Source: Gracilinanus agilis (taxonomy: Eukaryota). From it: 64,000 nt of DNA. The stretch covers positions 511,426,811 through 511,490,810 of the forward strand of contig NC_058132.1 of NCBI RefSeq assembly GCF_016433145.1. The letters run 5' to 3'. The notes below the pieces were generated by a model. It had not been told where the DNA came from. It ran no database searches and saw only the letters and a program-made list of their open reading frames with translations. Made by a program: the position numbers and the translations under genes. Within the stretch, counting starts at the first letter, position 1, and the number at the start of each line of letters is the position of its first letter. Positions 26,189-38,026 of the stretch are shown here, piece by piece.

Positions 26189-26400
26189 GGGGCAGCTGGG
26201 TGGCTCAGTGGATTGAAAGCCAGGCCTAAAGATGGGAGGTCCTAGGTTCAAATCTGTTCTTAGACACTTCCTTAGCTATATGACTCTGGGCAAGTCACTT
26301 AACCCCCATGGCATAGCCTTTACCACTCTTCTGCCTTGTAACCAATGCACAGTATTGATTCTAAGATGGAAGGTAAAGGTTTCAAAATAAAAGAAAATTT
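26189..26400 (+). mobile_element. Marsupial SINE in the repeat unit (also 34231, 42273, 50315)
   Basis: ggggcagctgggtggctcagtgg...ggaaggtaaaggtttcaaaataaaa. Confidence 0.9.
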
Positions 26401-26529
26401 AAAAAAGAAAGACTTTTGCAGAATGTTTATGCTCTCTAAACCATTGTTGTCTCACCAGAAACTATGTTAGGATTCTGTGTATACTCAGTCTTACTCCTAG
26501 CCACCTGCAGGTATGTGGGAAGTGATCAG

Positions 26530-27301
26530 TGTAAGAATTTAAAATTTAGGTTTCATGTTAATGTGAGAATTCTATAGTAATTTTGGGGTCACTGATTTCA
26601 AGATATTATAACTGAAGTAAAGATGACCTTTAGTAGCTTTATTTACAAATAGATGGAATGAATGAAAGTTGGAAAATGTAAGAAGAAGATAAAGAATTAT
26701 CTAGCTTAGCACCCTAAGTGCTGCTCTAGTGTGGGGCTCAGCTCCAGCAAGGGCTTCACCATGTCCCTTGACCCCACTTGGATTTTCCAGTAATTCTCAG
26801 CCAGAAGTCTGTTGGTGTCCTCAGAAAGGGTTATACCAATGCAACCTCCTCCAGGAAAGGCAGGTCTTTCTGGAACCAATCTATCCAGAAGCCAGGAAAG
26901 GAAGGCCAGCTTCTCCACCCACCCCAGGGGAGGTCATCTAACACTGAAGTCCAAAGGAGAAGATCCAGGAGCAGTCTTCTAAGAAGTAGTCCAAGAGCCA
27001 AAGTCCCAGCTCAAAGTGAAGCCAAAGTCTAAAAGTCCCTTGCACAGGATCTCCAGGACTTTTTACAGTCCTTTTTACCATGTCTCTTCCAGTCCCTTCC
27101 TCCACTTTACAGGAACCAACTGCAGCCTTTCAATTTGCCTAGCACTGCCCAGGAACAGGGCAGTGGCCTCTGAAGTTGACACCCACTTTAGCAAGTGGCT
27201 TGGGAACTTAATTAGTGTTAAGTAGGAGTGCTTAAGTTTTTGACTGATTAACTTAAAAACTGTTGATTGATAGACAAAGAAAGTTTGATTCCCTCTTCAC
27301 A
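26530..27301 (-). mobile_element. Solo LTR in the repeat unit (also 34572, 42614, 50656)
   Basis: TGTAAG...TTCACA; TSD tcag/ccag; minus-strand AATAAA near 26641; absent at the paralogous site near 14255; resembles 62860-63444. Confidence 0.85.
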
Positions 27302-27552
27302 CCAGATAGACATCATATTTAACTTACCTCTGATTCTATTTAATTCCTTAACTCTTTATTTATTTTTTGGTTATATTTAACTAGTTCTGAGAAGGGAAAA
27401 TTAAAGTCCCCCAATATGATTATTTTCTTATCTATTTCAATCTTTATCTCATTTCATTTTTTCCTTAAAAAAATCTGGAAACAATTACCTATGCTGCCAA
27501 CAATTCCAATATTGGTAATGCTTCATTATCCATAGTACCTCTTACATAAGAC

Positions 27553-27737
27553 TTATGTTCTTTGCTTTCTGTCATTGTCCCTTTAGCCTTGAGTAATTCC
27601 TCATACTGAGTTTCCATTCTATCTAGTTTAGTCTCTAGATAGTTCACTTTTAACTTTAGGTCAGTCTTTGCAGGAGCTTGCTTGATATCTGCTTTTAAAT
27701 GTTTAAAAACAACTGCCAAAGATTCAATCATTATGCA
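27553..27737 (-). mobile_element. Isolated inverted ERV gag-region fragment (repeated at +8042 x3)
   Basis: Reverse complement aligns with 20575-20760 (SLAVVFKHLKA.IKQ..AK.DL.LKV). Confidence 0.85.
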
Positions 27738-27899
27738 ATCAGGGATATCTGGTGCCCAGGTTGCAGACACAGCTATTCTGTCTGCAGACTGTAGTGGTAT
27801 CCTTGGGGATACAAGCTGTGGGGCTCAGCAAACAAAGTGAGATTGCTAATCCTGTCCTCTGGGGTTGCCTTGTTGATTCCACTAAAATATGATCAAAAT

Positions 27900-28950
27900 G
27901 GATACATGAACTAGACATAAAAGGAGATATAAGGAATTTAGAAGAATAGGGAGCATGTTACCAATCAGATGTATGGATAAGAAAGGAATTGATGAGCCAA
28001 AGATATGAAAAACTTTATGAAATATAAAAAGGACAATTCTGAGTTCATTAAATTTAAAAGGTTTTGTATAAATAAAACAAATTTTGCCAAGATCAGAAAG
28101 CAGAAAATGGAGGAAGAATTTTATAAACAGCCCCTCCGATAGAGGCCTCATATGTTGAAAACAGTGCCAAATTCATAAGAATAAGAGCAATCCTCCATTT
28201 GATAACTGAATAGGAACAGACAATTTTTGGATGAAGAAATCAAAGCCATATTCAGGTCTTTGAAAAAATGCTCTAACTCACTACTGTCTCGAGCAGTGAT
28301 GGGCAAACTACAGCCCACAGGCCAGATGTAGTCCCCTGAAATGTTCTGCCCTGCCTCAACATTATTCCTAATCTGACCAATACAATGAGTAGGATACAAT
28401 ACAGTGAAACTTTGAAAGAGTTGCCTTAGAAAGAGACTGACAGATGAGCATTTCCTTCCTTTTGGCCCCCTCTTTAAAAAGTTTGCCCATCACTGGTTTA
28501 GAGAAATGTAAACCAAAACAATTCTGAAATATAACCTCACACACACCAGGAAGGCTACAATGACACAAGGGCAAAATGACCAATGTTGGAAGAGATGTGG
28601 AAAAAATGGGGCCATTAATATGCATTTTGGGGGGCTGAGAACTAATCTAACCACATTCAAGAACAACCAAATGGTTAACCAAATGTTGGTATATTATTAT
28701 GATGGAATACCTCTGTCCCATGAGAAAGGATGAGCAGTCTAATTAGGAAAAAAAATGGAAAGAATTATCCAGGATGATGAACAGTGAAATGAGCATAACC
28801 AGGAGAATATAATATACAGTGGAAGAATTAATACTGGAAGAATAACTTGTGAATGTTACCTTCATAGAGTGAACTGAAAGGTGAAAATGTGAAAGACTTA
28901 ATTCCTATGAACATATTGCTCTCCCAGCTGTGATGTGGGGAGGATAGGCA
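27900..28950 (+). mobile_element. L1 ORF2 3' fragment in the repeat unit
   Basis: Collinear with 18230-19230. Confidence 0.8.
28294..28495. mobile_element. 202-bp hAT/Charlie-type MITE (also 36336, 44378, 52420)
   Basis: Perfect 16-bp TIRs cagtgatgggcaaact/agtttgcccatcactg; 8-bp TSD gtctcgag/gtttagag; empty site ggctagag near 18632. Confidence 0.9.
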
Positions 28951-29758
28951 GGGGCTTAGACACTTGAGGATAGGTTTCATTAAGTAGATGTGAAGGAAAG
29001 TAAGTAAATATATAAGAGATTTATGAATTCATTTATTAGCAAAATTATTTTGCACGTGGAAATGTATGTTCTTTTTGGTTTTGTAAAATTTGGAATAAAA
29101 ATTTGATGGCCCTGAGTAAGACACCAGAAAAAATGAGGACACTAGAAGCCTAAAGGAACTTCTACTGAATTAGAAAATTTATCTAAAGAAATAATTGTAT
29201 TATGAAAAATTATATGAAATAAGACCAACAGATCAATAGATGGTAGGGAATAGATAAGATATTTTATAAAATGAAATTTTATTGCTACCTTCTGTTTTCA
29301 TATCTTTTTTCCCAATTTAGAACTTCCTTTGAATCTTTTTAGACAACTATCACATCAAAGAAGCAATTTTAAAAAATATTAATGCTGTTTCTATACCTAT
29401 AATTAAAAAGGTGATAATTTCCATGCAATCCCCACTGGCTAGAAAGATGAAAGTGCAAGAATGGTTTCCTCTAAACTGCCAATCTGGGAACACCAATGTG
29501 AATCTTCAGGTCCATCATTGATGGTTTTTTTTTAAAAAAAGGAAAATTTCAGAACACTGTTCTTTTGCAGAGACAAGAAGCAGTGACAAACATAGGAGTT
29601 CTTAGCTTTGGAGAGAGGGAGTAAAGGGAAAAGCTCAAAGAATGAAGGTGCAAAAAAAGGCAGACTAAACTGGGGATCTTTGTTAATAGTAATAAGAAGA
29701 AAAGGGTTTGTTTGGTTTTTCCCCAAGAGGTGGCAATGGTGAATTGCTGGATAAGAAG

Positions 29759-29868
29759 AAAGGTGAGAAGTCAGCCCTAAAGCAGAGGCTGAAGCACTAT
29801 CAAAACATGAGTTCTCACCTTTTGTGGGTGGAGTCAAGGGAGGAGCTACCAAAGACAGACATATAAAA
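29759..29868 (+). promoter_or_regulatory. Putative B-type promoter (also 37801, 45843, 53885)
   Basis: TATAAAA at 29862, about 120 bp before the ATG; gggtggag; 14/15 inverted repeat. Confidence 0.5.
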
Positions 29869-29984
29869 AGACACCTCACAACTGGGTCCTGGTGTCTTTG
29901 GCTGCCAGATCCCAAGGGAGAAAGGCAGGCATTATCTCTCCTGGAAGGAATATCTGAGAAGGAAGGAATCAGAAGCCTGGGAGC

Positions 29985-31394
29985 ATGGATCCAAGAGATT
30001 TGCTGGAAAACCTCAAGACAGATCTGACTTGCTCTATCTGCCTGGGCTACTTCACAGACCCAGTGACTGTCAGTTGTGGCCATAGCTTTTGCACAGTCTG
30101 CCTTCTGAGGTGCAGGGGAGAAGCAGAGTCAACATTCCACTGCCCAGAATGCAGAGGAATCATCGAAGAAGATGATGTGTTGCCTAATAGGAATTTGCAG
30201 ACTGTGTCTGTCACTGGCAAAAGGCTCAGACCTCATCTGCTTCAGAGCATTGTGGACCTGTCTGTGTGTCATAAACATGGGGAGAAAGAGAAGCTCTTCT
30301 GTGAAGAAGACCAGAGACTTCTCTGTGGTTCCTGTTCATTATCCCCAGGGCACAAGGACCACAGAGTCCTTCCCCTGAAAATGGCTGCTGACAAGTGCAG
30401 GGACAAGATCAAGCACACCCTGAATAACTTACAACGAAAAAAAGAAGAATTTAATGTTGCCTTGGACAGAGCGGCCAGGAGAGAGGCACTCTGTGACAAG
30501 GCTATACACTCTTTGAAACAATCTTTTATTTCAGAATACAGGAAAGTACATGAATTCTTATGGGAGGAAGAAGAGCTCTATCTACAAAGACTAGACCAGC
30601 AATACACAGACATCTTGGCAAAACTGGAGCTCAACAAGACCAAACTGTCTCAACAGATTGAAAATCTGGAAAGAATGCAATTAGAAGTAGAGGACAATTT
30701 GGAGAAGGGGCCCTTGGAAATGCTCCAAGATGTGAAAGGCACTTTGGAAAGGCATGAGGAGCTGCTACTTCAAGAACCAGAGGTTATTTCCCTTGCCTGG
30801 GCCACCAGCCCCATCACTGGCTTGAGAGAGATGCTCATGAGATTCCAGAGTGACATCAGTCTTGATCCTGAATCAGCCCATCCACATCTCATCCTGTCTG
30901 AAGATCTGAAGAGTGTCAAGTATGGAGATGTCCCACGGGACCTGCCTGACAACCAGCAAAGGTTCGATAGTGCTCCTGCTGTACTGGGGGACCAGACCTT
31001 CACTTCAGGCAAACACTATTGGGAGGTGAAAGTAGGAAATAAAACAGCTTGGGAAGTGGGAATCTGTAAAGATCCGGTCAGGAGAAAGGGACAAGTCTCC
31101 TCATTATCTAAGGATGCATGGACCCTCGTCAGTCTGGGATCTCGATATCATTGCTTCCTCTGGAATTGTAAATATGGCATCCATAGGAGCGAGCCTATAG
31201 ACAAAGTAGGCATTTTCCTCGATTATGATAAAAGACATATAGCATTTTATGATGCCATAGACGGATCCTTAATTTCTAGTTTCTCAGACATGGTCTTTGA
31301 AGGGCCTCTTCGCCCTTACTTTTCTCCTTGCTGTCCTAATGGAGAAAGTACTCAAGGGTCAATTATGCTAATTGATGTGGGAGATTCTCACTGA
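29985..31394 (+). CDS. Chimeric TRIM copy 1 (B N-terminus, A SPRY), 469 aa
   Basis: Carries T12/V74/K132 like gene B; SPRY identical to gene A. Confidence 0.95.
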   Translation: MDPRDLLENLKTDLTCSICLGYFTDPVTVSCGHSFCTVCLLRCRGEAESTFHCPECRGIIEEDDVLPNRNLQTVSVTGKRLRPHLLQSIVDLSVCHKHGEKEKLFCEEDQRLLCGSCSLSPGHKDHRVLPLKMAADKCRDKIKHTLNNLQRKKEEFNVALDRAARREALCDKAIHSLKQSFISEYRKVHEFLWEEEELYLQRLDQQYTDILAKLELNKTKLSQQIENLERMQLEVEDNLEKGPLEMLQDVKGTLERHEELLLQEPEVISLAWATSPITGLREMLMRFQSDISLDPESAHPHLILSEDLKSVKYGDVPRDLPDNQQRFDSAPAVLGDQTFTSGKHYWEVKVGNKTAWEVGICKDPVRRKGQVSSLSKDAWTLVSLGSRYHCFLWNCKYGIHRSEPIDKVGIFLDYDKRHIAFYDAIDGSLISSFSDMVFEGPLRPYFSPCCPNGESTQGSIMLIDVGDSH

Positions 31395-34300
31395 GGAGTG
31401 AATGACAATGACTTGAAAGTGACTTTCTCTTCATTTCAACTTGTGTTAAAATGGACAACGGTAATTGTGTAAAATTGTTAAACCCTATAGAGAATAAATC
31501 TGAACAAATTTTGGATATAATTGTATGAAATACTTTTGTGCCATAACAAATTACTGAAGATAATGATTAAAAAAAACTGGAAAATTTTGTATAAAGTTCA
31601 GGAAAGTGAAGTGAGCAGAACTAAGAGAATACTGCACAGAATGACATTTAATATACCATGAAAAGCTATTGTCAATATTACAAATGCTCAAGTACAACTC
31701 CAAAGGACTCATGATGAAGAAACGAATTTTACTGCCAAAGGAGAAACCCAGTGGGTCTGAATGCAGTTTGAAACACACCATTCTTCACTTTACTACCCCA
31801 ATGAATTCTTCTTTATCTTGTAAACAGTAAGTTTCTTTTTTTCACAACATGATGAACATATATTTATGAAATATATATTTATGCATCCTATATTATATTA
31901 CCTGTCTTCTTGGAGAAGGGTGGTAGAGAGGTGTATTAAAAGAACGAGATAAAGATTTTTGGACAAAACTCATTTGTGAATTTTTTCCCTTGGATAAAAG
32001 GGTTTATAATTATTTATTACATATTTATAACAAATCTTGTATTATTACTGTTATAAATAAAAATAAAAAAGTGTTAGTTAAAAAATAATACAGTTTATTT
32101 TGTTTACTTGGAGCAGAAGAGCAAAGAAGGAAGCAAAGGAGCAGGAGTGAGTAGGAGAGAAGAAGGAGGGGGAGGAGAGATGAAGAGGGAAGAGTAGAGA
32201 AGAAGGAGGGGGTTAGGGGAGACAGAAAAGAAATAGGTGAGAAGGACTGAGGAGAGAAAAAAAGTTGCAAAAATTTTCAAGCACAGAAGTATGAAGAGAG
32301 AGATGAAAAAATGCTAAATGAATAAATAAATATTCATTTCAATCGATGTTGAAATTGTCAATAAAGTTGAGCTTGATCATCAAAACCAAATAAAATAAAG
32401 TATTTAATTTATATTTGATAATTTTGAAAATGGGAGTTTTTTTTCTAATTAACATTATGATGATCCACAAACATTTAATTTGCAGATCAGGTATAAAGGG
32501 AGGCTGAAAAAAACATGAATGAAGGTGGGGGAAAGGGAGGTAAAAACGTTTTAAAAATAGAGACTGAGGAAGAGGGAGATGAAAGAATGCTGAATGAATG
32601 AACAAATGAATGAATGAGGGAATGATTCCTTTCAATGACCTCCTTGGGAGATTGGTATGGAAAAGTGATGTTTCTGAGTGAGATACAACACAAAATGAGG
32701 ATCATAGCTGCCTCAAGGGACTTCTACCGGATCAGGACAGAGAAGATTTCTAAAGAAATAAATATATTATCAAAAAGTATATTAAATAAGAATCACAAAA
32801 GATAAGGGAAGAGTAGGTAACTGAGGCAAGATATTTTATGAAATAAACTTTATTACTACTTTCTGTTATGGTGGCTTCTCCTTTTCAATCTTCCCCTCCA
32901 TCTTTTCAGAGAGCTCTGACATCTGACATCATAGGAGACATTTCACTGTCACTATATCTCTAATGAAAAAACAGGTATTTTCTACACATTCTCCATTGGC
33001 TAGAAAGCCTAAAAGACACTCATCTTTGTTTTGAAGTTCCTGGATGTGAACAACATTGTGAATGACTAGACACATTATTGTGAATAAGAAGGGGAAGGGA
33101 GGGGAGGGGAGAACTCTATCCCTTTATAGAGACTAGAAGCACTAAAGGGCTTAAGAATTCTCGGATTTAGAAAAAGGACTAAAGGAAAGAGTTTAAAGGG
33201 TGAAATTACAAAAAAAAAAAAAAGGGTAACATAAAATAAATTAAAAAACCTTTTTTTCTGCTACAACTCTGAGGAAAGTGCTAGCCTTATCTTTGATGAG
33301 TAGGATATCAGAGAAGAAAGAAATAAGAATTAAATTTCTCTTTAAAGAAAGTTAATTTTTAAAAGATTTTTTCATTCATATAATTAGTAACTACCACCAC
33401 CATAAAAAACATTTAAATAAAAGAATGGATGAAAAATTATATGCAAAAGCACAATTTCTACATTGTTCACAATTTGTCAAAATATGTAAATTATATGTGT
33501 TAATATAAACATCTGTGTTTGAGTTCCCTTTAGATTTGTTTTACTTTGATACTTTTTTCTCTTGGCTTTGTAGCTCTTTGGTTCTTAATGTAACCATCGT
33601 ATTATTATTAATCTTTATTCTTCTCTTTTCATCTCTTCATATATTTTCCTTATTTTCTTTATATTTCCAATATTTGTCATTTCTAATAAAATAATAGAAT
33701 CTATTACATTAAAATATCACAATCTATTCAGCCATTTCTCCCAATCATTGCAACTGTGTTATCCCTAGTTATTTTGTCCTTACAAACAAAGCTTCCATAA
33801 ACATTTTTATACATGCACAATTTTTTAGCTTCTCAATAATTCCCTTAAGGCCTAATCCAGGTAATGGGATCTCTAATGAGCATGAGCAACTTTACAGCTC
33901 TTAGTGTATATTTCCATCTTGTTTTCTAAAAAACAACTTACAGTTGATATAGCAATGTAATATTAGGTATGGTTCCACATGTTCCTATACCCATTTAATT
34001 TGATCAATTTAACCTGTCTTATTCTCAGTTAATATGCATCCCCAGGGCCATATTTAGCTAGATTGGTCCTTGGGCAGAAGGTACAATCTGTTTCCAGATC
34101 CATACTCTTTCCAAAACCAAGTGTTTTCTAGCTTGGTCATACCTAGTAGAACATTTTTTTCCAATGCCACAATCCCTCAGAAGTACAAGATTACCTCCAT
34201 TGTATGTTGAGTGTTGAAGTAAGAATTTTAGGGGCAGCTGGGTGGCTCAGTGGATTGAAAGCCAGGCCTAAAGATGGGAGGTCCTAGGTTCAAATCTGTT

Positions 34301-37300
34301 CTTAGACACTTCCTTAGCTATATGACTCTGGGCAAGTCACTTAACCCCCATGGCATAGCCTTTACCACTCTTCTGCCTTGTAACCAATGCACAGTATTGA
34401 TTCTAAGATGGAAGGTAAAGGTTTCAAAATAAAAGAAAATTTAAAAAAGAAAGACTTTTGCAGAATGTTTATGCTCTCTAAACCATTGTTGTCTCACCAG
34501 AAACTATGTTAGGATTCTGTGTATACTCAGTCTTACTCCTAGCCACCTGCAGGTATGTGGGAAGTGATCAGTGTAAGAATTTAAAATTTAGGTTTCATGT
34601 TAATGTGAGAATTCTATAGTAATTTTGGGGTCACTGATTTCAAGATATTATAACTGAAGTAAAGATGACCTTTAGTAGCTTTATTTACAAATAGATGGAA
34701 TGAATGAAAGTTGGAAAATGTAAGAAGAAGATAAAGAATTATCTAGCTTAGCACCCTAAGTGCTGCTCTAGTGTGGGGCTCAGCTCCAGCAAGGGCTTCA
34801 CCATGTCCCTTGACCCCACTTGGATTTTCCAGTAATTCTCAGCCAGAAGTCTGTTGGTGTCCTCAGAAAGGGTTATACCAATGCAACCTCCTCCAGGAAA
34901 GGCAGGTCTTTCTGGAACCAATCTATCCAGAAGCCAGGAAAGGAAGGCCAGCTTCTCCACCCACCCCAGGGGAGGTCATCTAACACTGAAGTCCAAAGGA
35001 GAAGATCCAGGAGCAGTCTTCTAAGAAGTAGTCCAAGAGCCAAAGTCCCAGCTCAAAGTGAAGCCAAAGTCTAAAAGTCCCTTGCACAGGATCTCCAGGA
35101 CTTTTTACAGTCCTTTTTACCATGTCTCTTCCAGTCCCTTCCTCCACTTTACAGGAACCAACTGCAGCCTTTCAATTTGCCTAGCACTGCCCAGGAACAG
35201 GGCAGTGGCCTCTGAAGTTGACACCCACTTTAGCAAGTGGCTTGGGAACTTAATTAGTGTTAAGTAGGAGTGCTTAAGTTTTTGACTGATTAACTTAAAA
35301 ACTGTTGATTGATAGACAAAGAAAGTTTGATTCCCTCTTCACACCAGATAGACATCATATTTAACTTACCTCTGATTCTATTTAATTCCTTAACTCTTTA
35401 TTTATTTTTTGGTTATATTTAACTAGTTCTGAGAAGGGAAAATTAAAGTCCCCCAATATGATTATTTTCTTATCTATTTCAATCTTTATCTCATTTCATT
35501 TTTTCCTTAAAAAAATCTGGAAACAATTACCTATGCTGCCAACAATTCCAATATTGGTAATGCTTCATTATCCATAGTACCTCTTACATAAGACTTATGT
35601 TCTTTGCTTTCTGTCATTGTCCCTTTAGCCTTGAGTAATTCCTCATACTGAGTTTCCATTCTATCTAGTTTAGTCTCTAGATAGTTCACTTTTAACTTTA
35701 GGTCAGTCTTTGCAGGAGCTTGCTTGATATCTGCTTTTAAATGTTTAAAAACAACTGCCAAAGATTCAATCATTATGCAATCAGGGATATCTGGTGCCCA
35801 GGTTGCAGACACAGCTATTCTGTCTGCAGACTGTAGTGGTATCCTTGGGGATACAAGCTGTGGGGCTCAGCAAACAAAGTGAGATTGCTAATCCTGTCCT
35901 CTGGGGTTGCCTTGTTGATTCCACTAAAATATGATCAAAATGGATACATGAACTAGACATAAAAGGAGATATAAGGAATTTAGAAGAATAGGGAGCATGT
36001 TACCAATCAGATGTATGGATAAGAAAGGAATTGATGAGCCAAAGATATGAAAAACTTTATGAAATATAAAAAGGACAATTCTGAGTTCATTAAATTTAAA
36101 AGGTTTTGTATAAATAAAACAAATTTTGCCAAGATCAGAAAGCAGAAAATGGAGGAAGAATTTTATAAACAGCCCCTCCGATAGAGGCCTCATATGTTGA
36201 AAACAGTGCCAAATTCATAAGAATAAGAGCAATCCTCCATTTGATAACTGAATAGGAACAGACAATTTTTGGATGAAGAAATCAAAGCCATATTCAGGTC
36301 TTTGAAAAAATGCTCTAACTCACTACTGTCTCGAGCAGTGATGGGCAAACTACAGCCCACAGGCCAGATGTAGTCCCCTGAAATGTTCTGCCCTGCCTCA
36401 ACATTATTCCTAATCTGACCAATACAATGAGTAGGATACAATACAGTGAAACTTTGAAAGAGTTGCCTTAGAAAGAGACTGACAGATGAGCATTTCCTTC
36501 CTTTTGGCCCCCTCTTTAAAAAGTTTGCCCATCACTGGTTTAGAGAAATGTAAACCAAAACAATTCTGAAATATAACCTCACACACACCAGGAAGGCTAC
36601 AATGACACAAGGGCAAAATGACCAATGTTGGAAGAGATGTGGAAAAAATGGGGCCATTAATATGCATTTTGGGGGGCTGAGAACTAATCTAACCACATTC
36701 AAGAACAACCAAATGGTTAACCAAATGTTGGTATATTATTATGATGGAATACCTCTGTCCCATGAGAAAGGATGAGCAGTCTAATTAGGAAAAAAAATGG
36801 AAAGAATTATCCAGGATGATGAACAGTGAAATGAGCATAACCAGGAGAATATAATATACAGTGGAAGAATTAATACTGGAAGAATAACTTGTGAATGTTA
36901 CCTTCATAGAGTGAACTGAAAGGTGAAAATGTGAAAGACTTAATTCCTATGAACATATTGCTCTCCCAGCTGTGATGTGGGGAGGATAGGCAGGGGCTTA
37001 GACACTTGAGGATAGGTTTCATTAAGTAGATGTGAAGGAAAGTAAGTAAATATATAAGAGATTTATGAATTCATTTATTAGCAAAATTATTTTGCACGTG
37101 GAAATGTATGTTCTTTTTGGTTTTGTAAAATTTGGAATAAAAATTTGATGGCCCTGAGTAAGACACCAGAAAAAATGAGGACACTAGAAGCCTAAAGGAA
37201 CTTCTACTGAATTAGAAAATTTATCTAAAGAAATAATTGTATTATGAAAAATTATATGAAATAAGACCAACAGATCAATAGATGGTAGGGAATAGATAAG

Positions 37301-38026
37301 ATATTTTATAAAATGAAATTTTATTGCTACCTTCTGTTTTCATATCTTTTTTCCCAATTTAGAACTTCCTTTGAATCTTTTTAGACAACTATCACATCAA
37401 AGAAGCAATTTTAAAAAATATTAATGCTGTTTCTATACCTATAATTAAAAAGGTGATAATTTCCATGCAATCCCCACTGGCTAGAAAGATGAAAGTGCAA
37501 GAATGGTTTCCTCTAAACTGCCAATCTGGGAACACCAATGTGAATCTTCAGGTCCATCATTGATGGTTTTTTTTTAAAAAAAGGAAAATTTCAGAACACT
37601 GTTCTTTTGCAGAGACAAGAAGCAGTGACAAACATAGGAGTTCTTAGCTTTGGAGAGAGGGAGTAAAGGGAAAAGCTCAAAGAATGAAGGTGCAAAAAAA
37701 GGCAGACTAAACTGGGGATCTTTGTTAATAGTAATAAGAAGAAAAGGGTTTGTTTGGTTTTTCCCCAAGAGGTGGCAATGGTGAATTGCTGGATAAGAAG
37801 AAAGGTGAGAAGTCAGCCCTAAAGCAGAGGCTGAAGCACTATCAAAACATGAGTTCTCACCTTTTGTGGGTGGAGTCAAGGGAGGAGCTACCAAAGACAG
37901 ACATATAAAAAGACACCTCACAACTGGGTCCTGGTGTCTTTGGCTGCCAGATCCCAAGGGAGAAAGGCAGGCATTATCTCTCCTGGAAGGAATATCTGAG
38001 AAGGAAGGAATCAGAAGCCTGGGAGC

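Noticed and set aside
29532-30083. 183-aa antisense ORF over the B promoter and RING start (x4)
   Set aside because: No domain; the homologous A region does not keep the frame; recurrence is due to the array alone.
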